The notes beneath the pieces were generated by a model, which was not told the origin of the DNA, did no database searches, and saw only the letters and a list, made by a program, of their open reading frames with translations. The translations under genes were made by a program, and so were the position numbers. A stretch of 63,329 bases of DNA, filler included, from Octopus bimaculoides (taxonomy: Eukaryota), in assembly GCF_001194135.2 (NCBI RefSeq). It is 4 parts of 3 records of this genome, joined end to end, with 100 filler letters (N's around TTAATTAATTAA, not from the genome) between each part and the next. Parts side by side here need not be neighbours in the genome. Positions count along the whole stretch, not along the records: positions 62,288 to 63,329 come from NC_068983.1; 3 more parts are not named here. One strand, written 5' to 3'. Shown here piece by piece: positions 62,345 to 63,329 of this stretch. Within the stretch, counting starts at the first letter, position 1; each line of letters starts with the position of its first letter.

Positions 62345-62960
62345 TATACACACACGCATATAAATGCAGACATATAATTAAGTGTATGTATGTGTGTGTA
62401 TGCATGTGTGTGTATGCATGTATGTGTGTGTATGCATATGTGTGTATGTATGTATGTGTGTGTAAGTATGTATATATGTGTGTATATGTATGTATGGTAG
62501 ATGTTCCCTTTATATTTTCGGTGATCTGTTGAGTTAGCTTTCTTTATTTCCATTAATTTATAAATATACGATTGTATTGAATAATACTGAGCGTTCATAT
62601 TGACCTAAACATGTATGTGCATGGTTGCATTCTGTAATTAATAATACTACTTATTGAAAGCTACGAAACAGCTGTAATGATATGGAAGTCATATGGAAAA
62701 AAAAAAAATCTATGTTCGTATCTCACAGCACCTCACTTTATACTTTATTTTCAGCCCGGTCGAAAAATTTATTGTTTGGATTCCCTGGATTTTTAGCTGC
62801 ACGGATATGTTCCATTACACCCCGAATGTGTGTGGATGGGGTGGGGTAACTGGGAATGTTGCTTGAATCTCCAAAAGTCCAGCTTTTCTACTACCCTCAT
62901 ATATGCAAACATACAGGCATACCTACATGCATATATATGTATACATATATGTTTGTGCGT

Positions 62961-63325
62961 GGAGGCGCAATGGCTCAGTGGTTAGGGCAGCGGACTCGCG
63001 GTCATAGGATCGCGGTTTCGATTCCCAGACCGGGCGTTGTGAGTGTTTATTGAGCGAAAACACCTAAAGCTCCACGAGGCTCCGGCAAGGGATGGTGGCG
63101 AACCCTGCTGTACTCTTTCGCCACAACTTTCTCTCACTCATACTTCCTGTTTCTGTTATGCCTGTAATTCAAAGGGCCAGCCTTGTCACACTGTGTCACG
63201 CTGAATATCCCCGAGAACTACGTTAAGGGTACACGTGTCTGTGGAGTGCTCAGCCACTTGCACGTTAATTTCACGAGCAGGCTGTTCCGTTCATCGGATC
63301 AACTGGAGTGCCAACAACAACAACA
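62961..63325 (+). mobile_element. Nearly full-length SINE family A with (CAA)n tail
   Basis: A box tggctcagtgg and B box ggtttcgattcc; matches 22164-22555 (-) and 33197-33497. Confidence 0.93.
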
Positions 63326-63329
63326 GCAT

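Overview
AT-rich, microsatellite-dense, gap-containing metazoan scaffold. The SINE families and repeat style suggest an octopus/cephalopod genome (inference). I recognise no intact host gene and no rRNA or full tRNA gene; there is one weak candidate coding exon at 34672-34796. The window is mostly transposable-element remains. (1) Two head-to-tail stacks of R4/Dong-type RLE LINEs joined by (AAG)n(AAC)n tracts at 11.2-15.2 kb and 58.0-61.5 kb. (2) Penelope-like elements (RT plus GIY-YIG) with hammerhead-ribozyme motifs, one with an intact catalytic core and an unusually long stem II (44545-44640). (3) A Gypsy-type LTR whose tRNA-Trp primer-binding site runs to 36 nt and has an A-to-T change exactly at the m1A58 position. 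(4) An apparently ORF1-only zinc-knuckle retroelement. (5) MULE, DD37D maT and RTE remnants. (6) An 8-bp-TSD MITE carrying TTAGGG repeats. (7) Several foldback or palindromic elements and many tRNA-derived SINEs. Most ORFs in the track are microsatellite or N-gap artefacts. All family assignments come from reading motifs by eye; no database searches were run.
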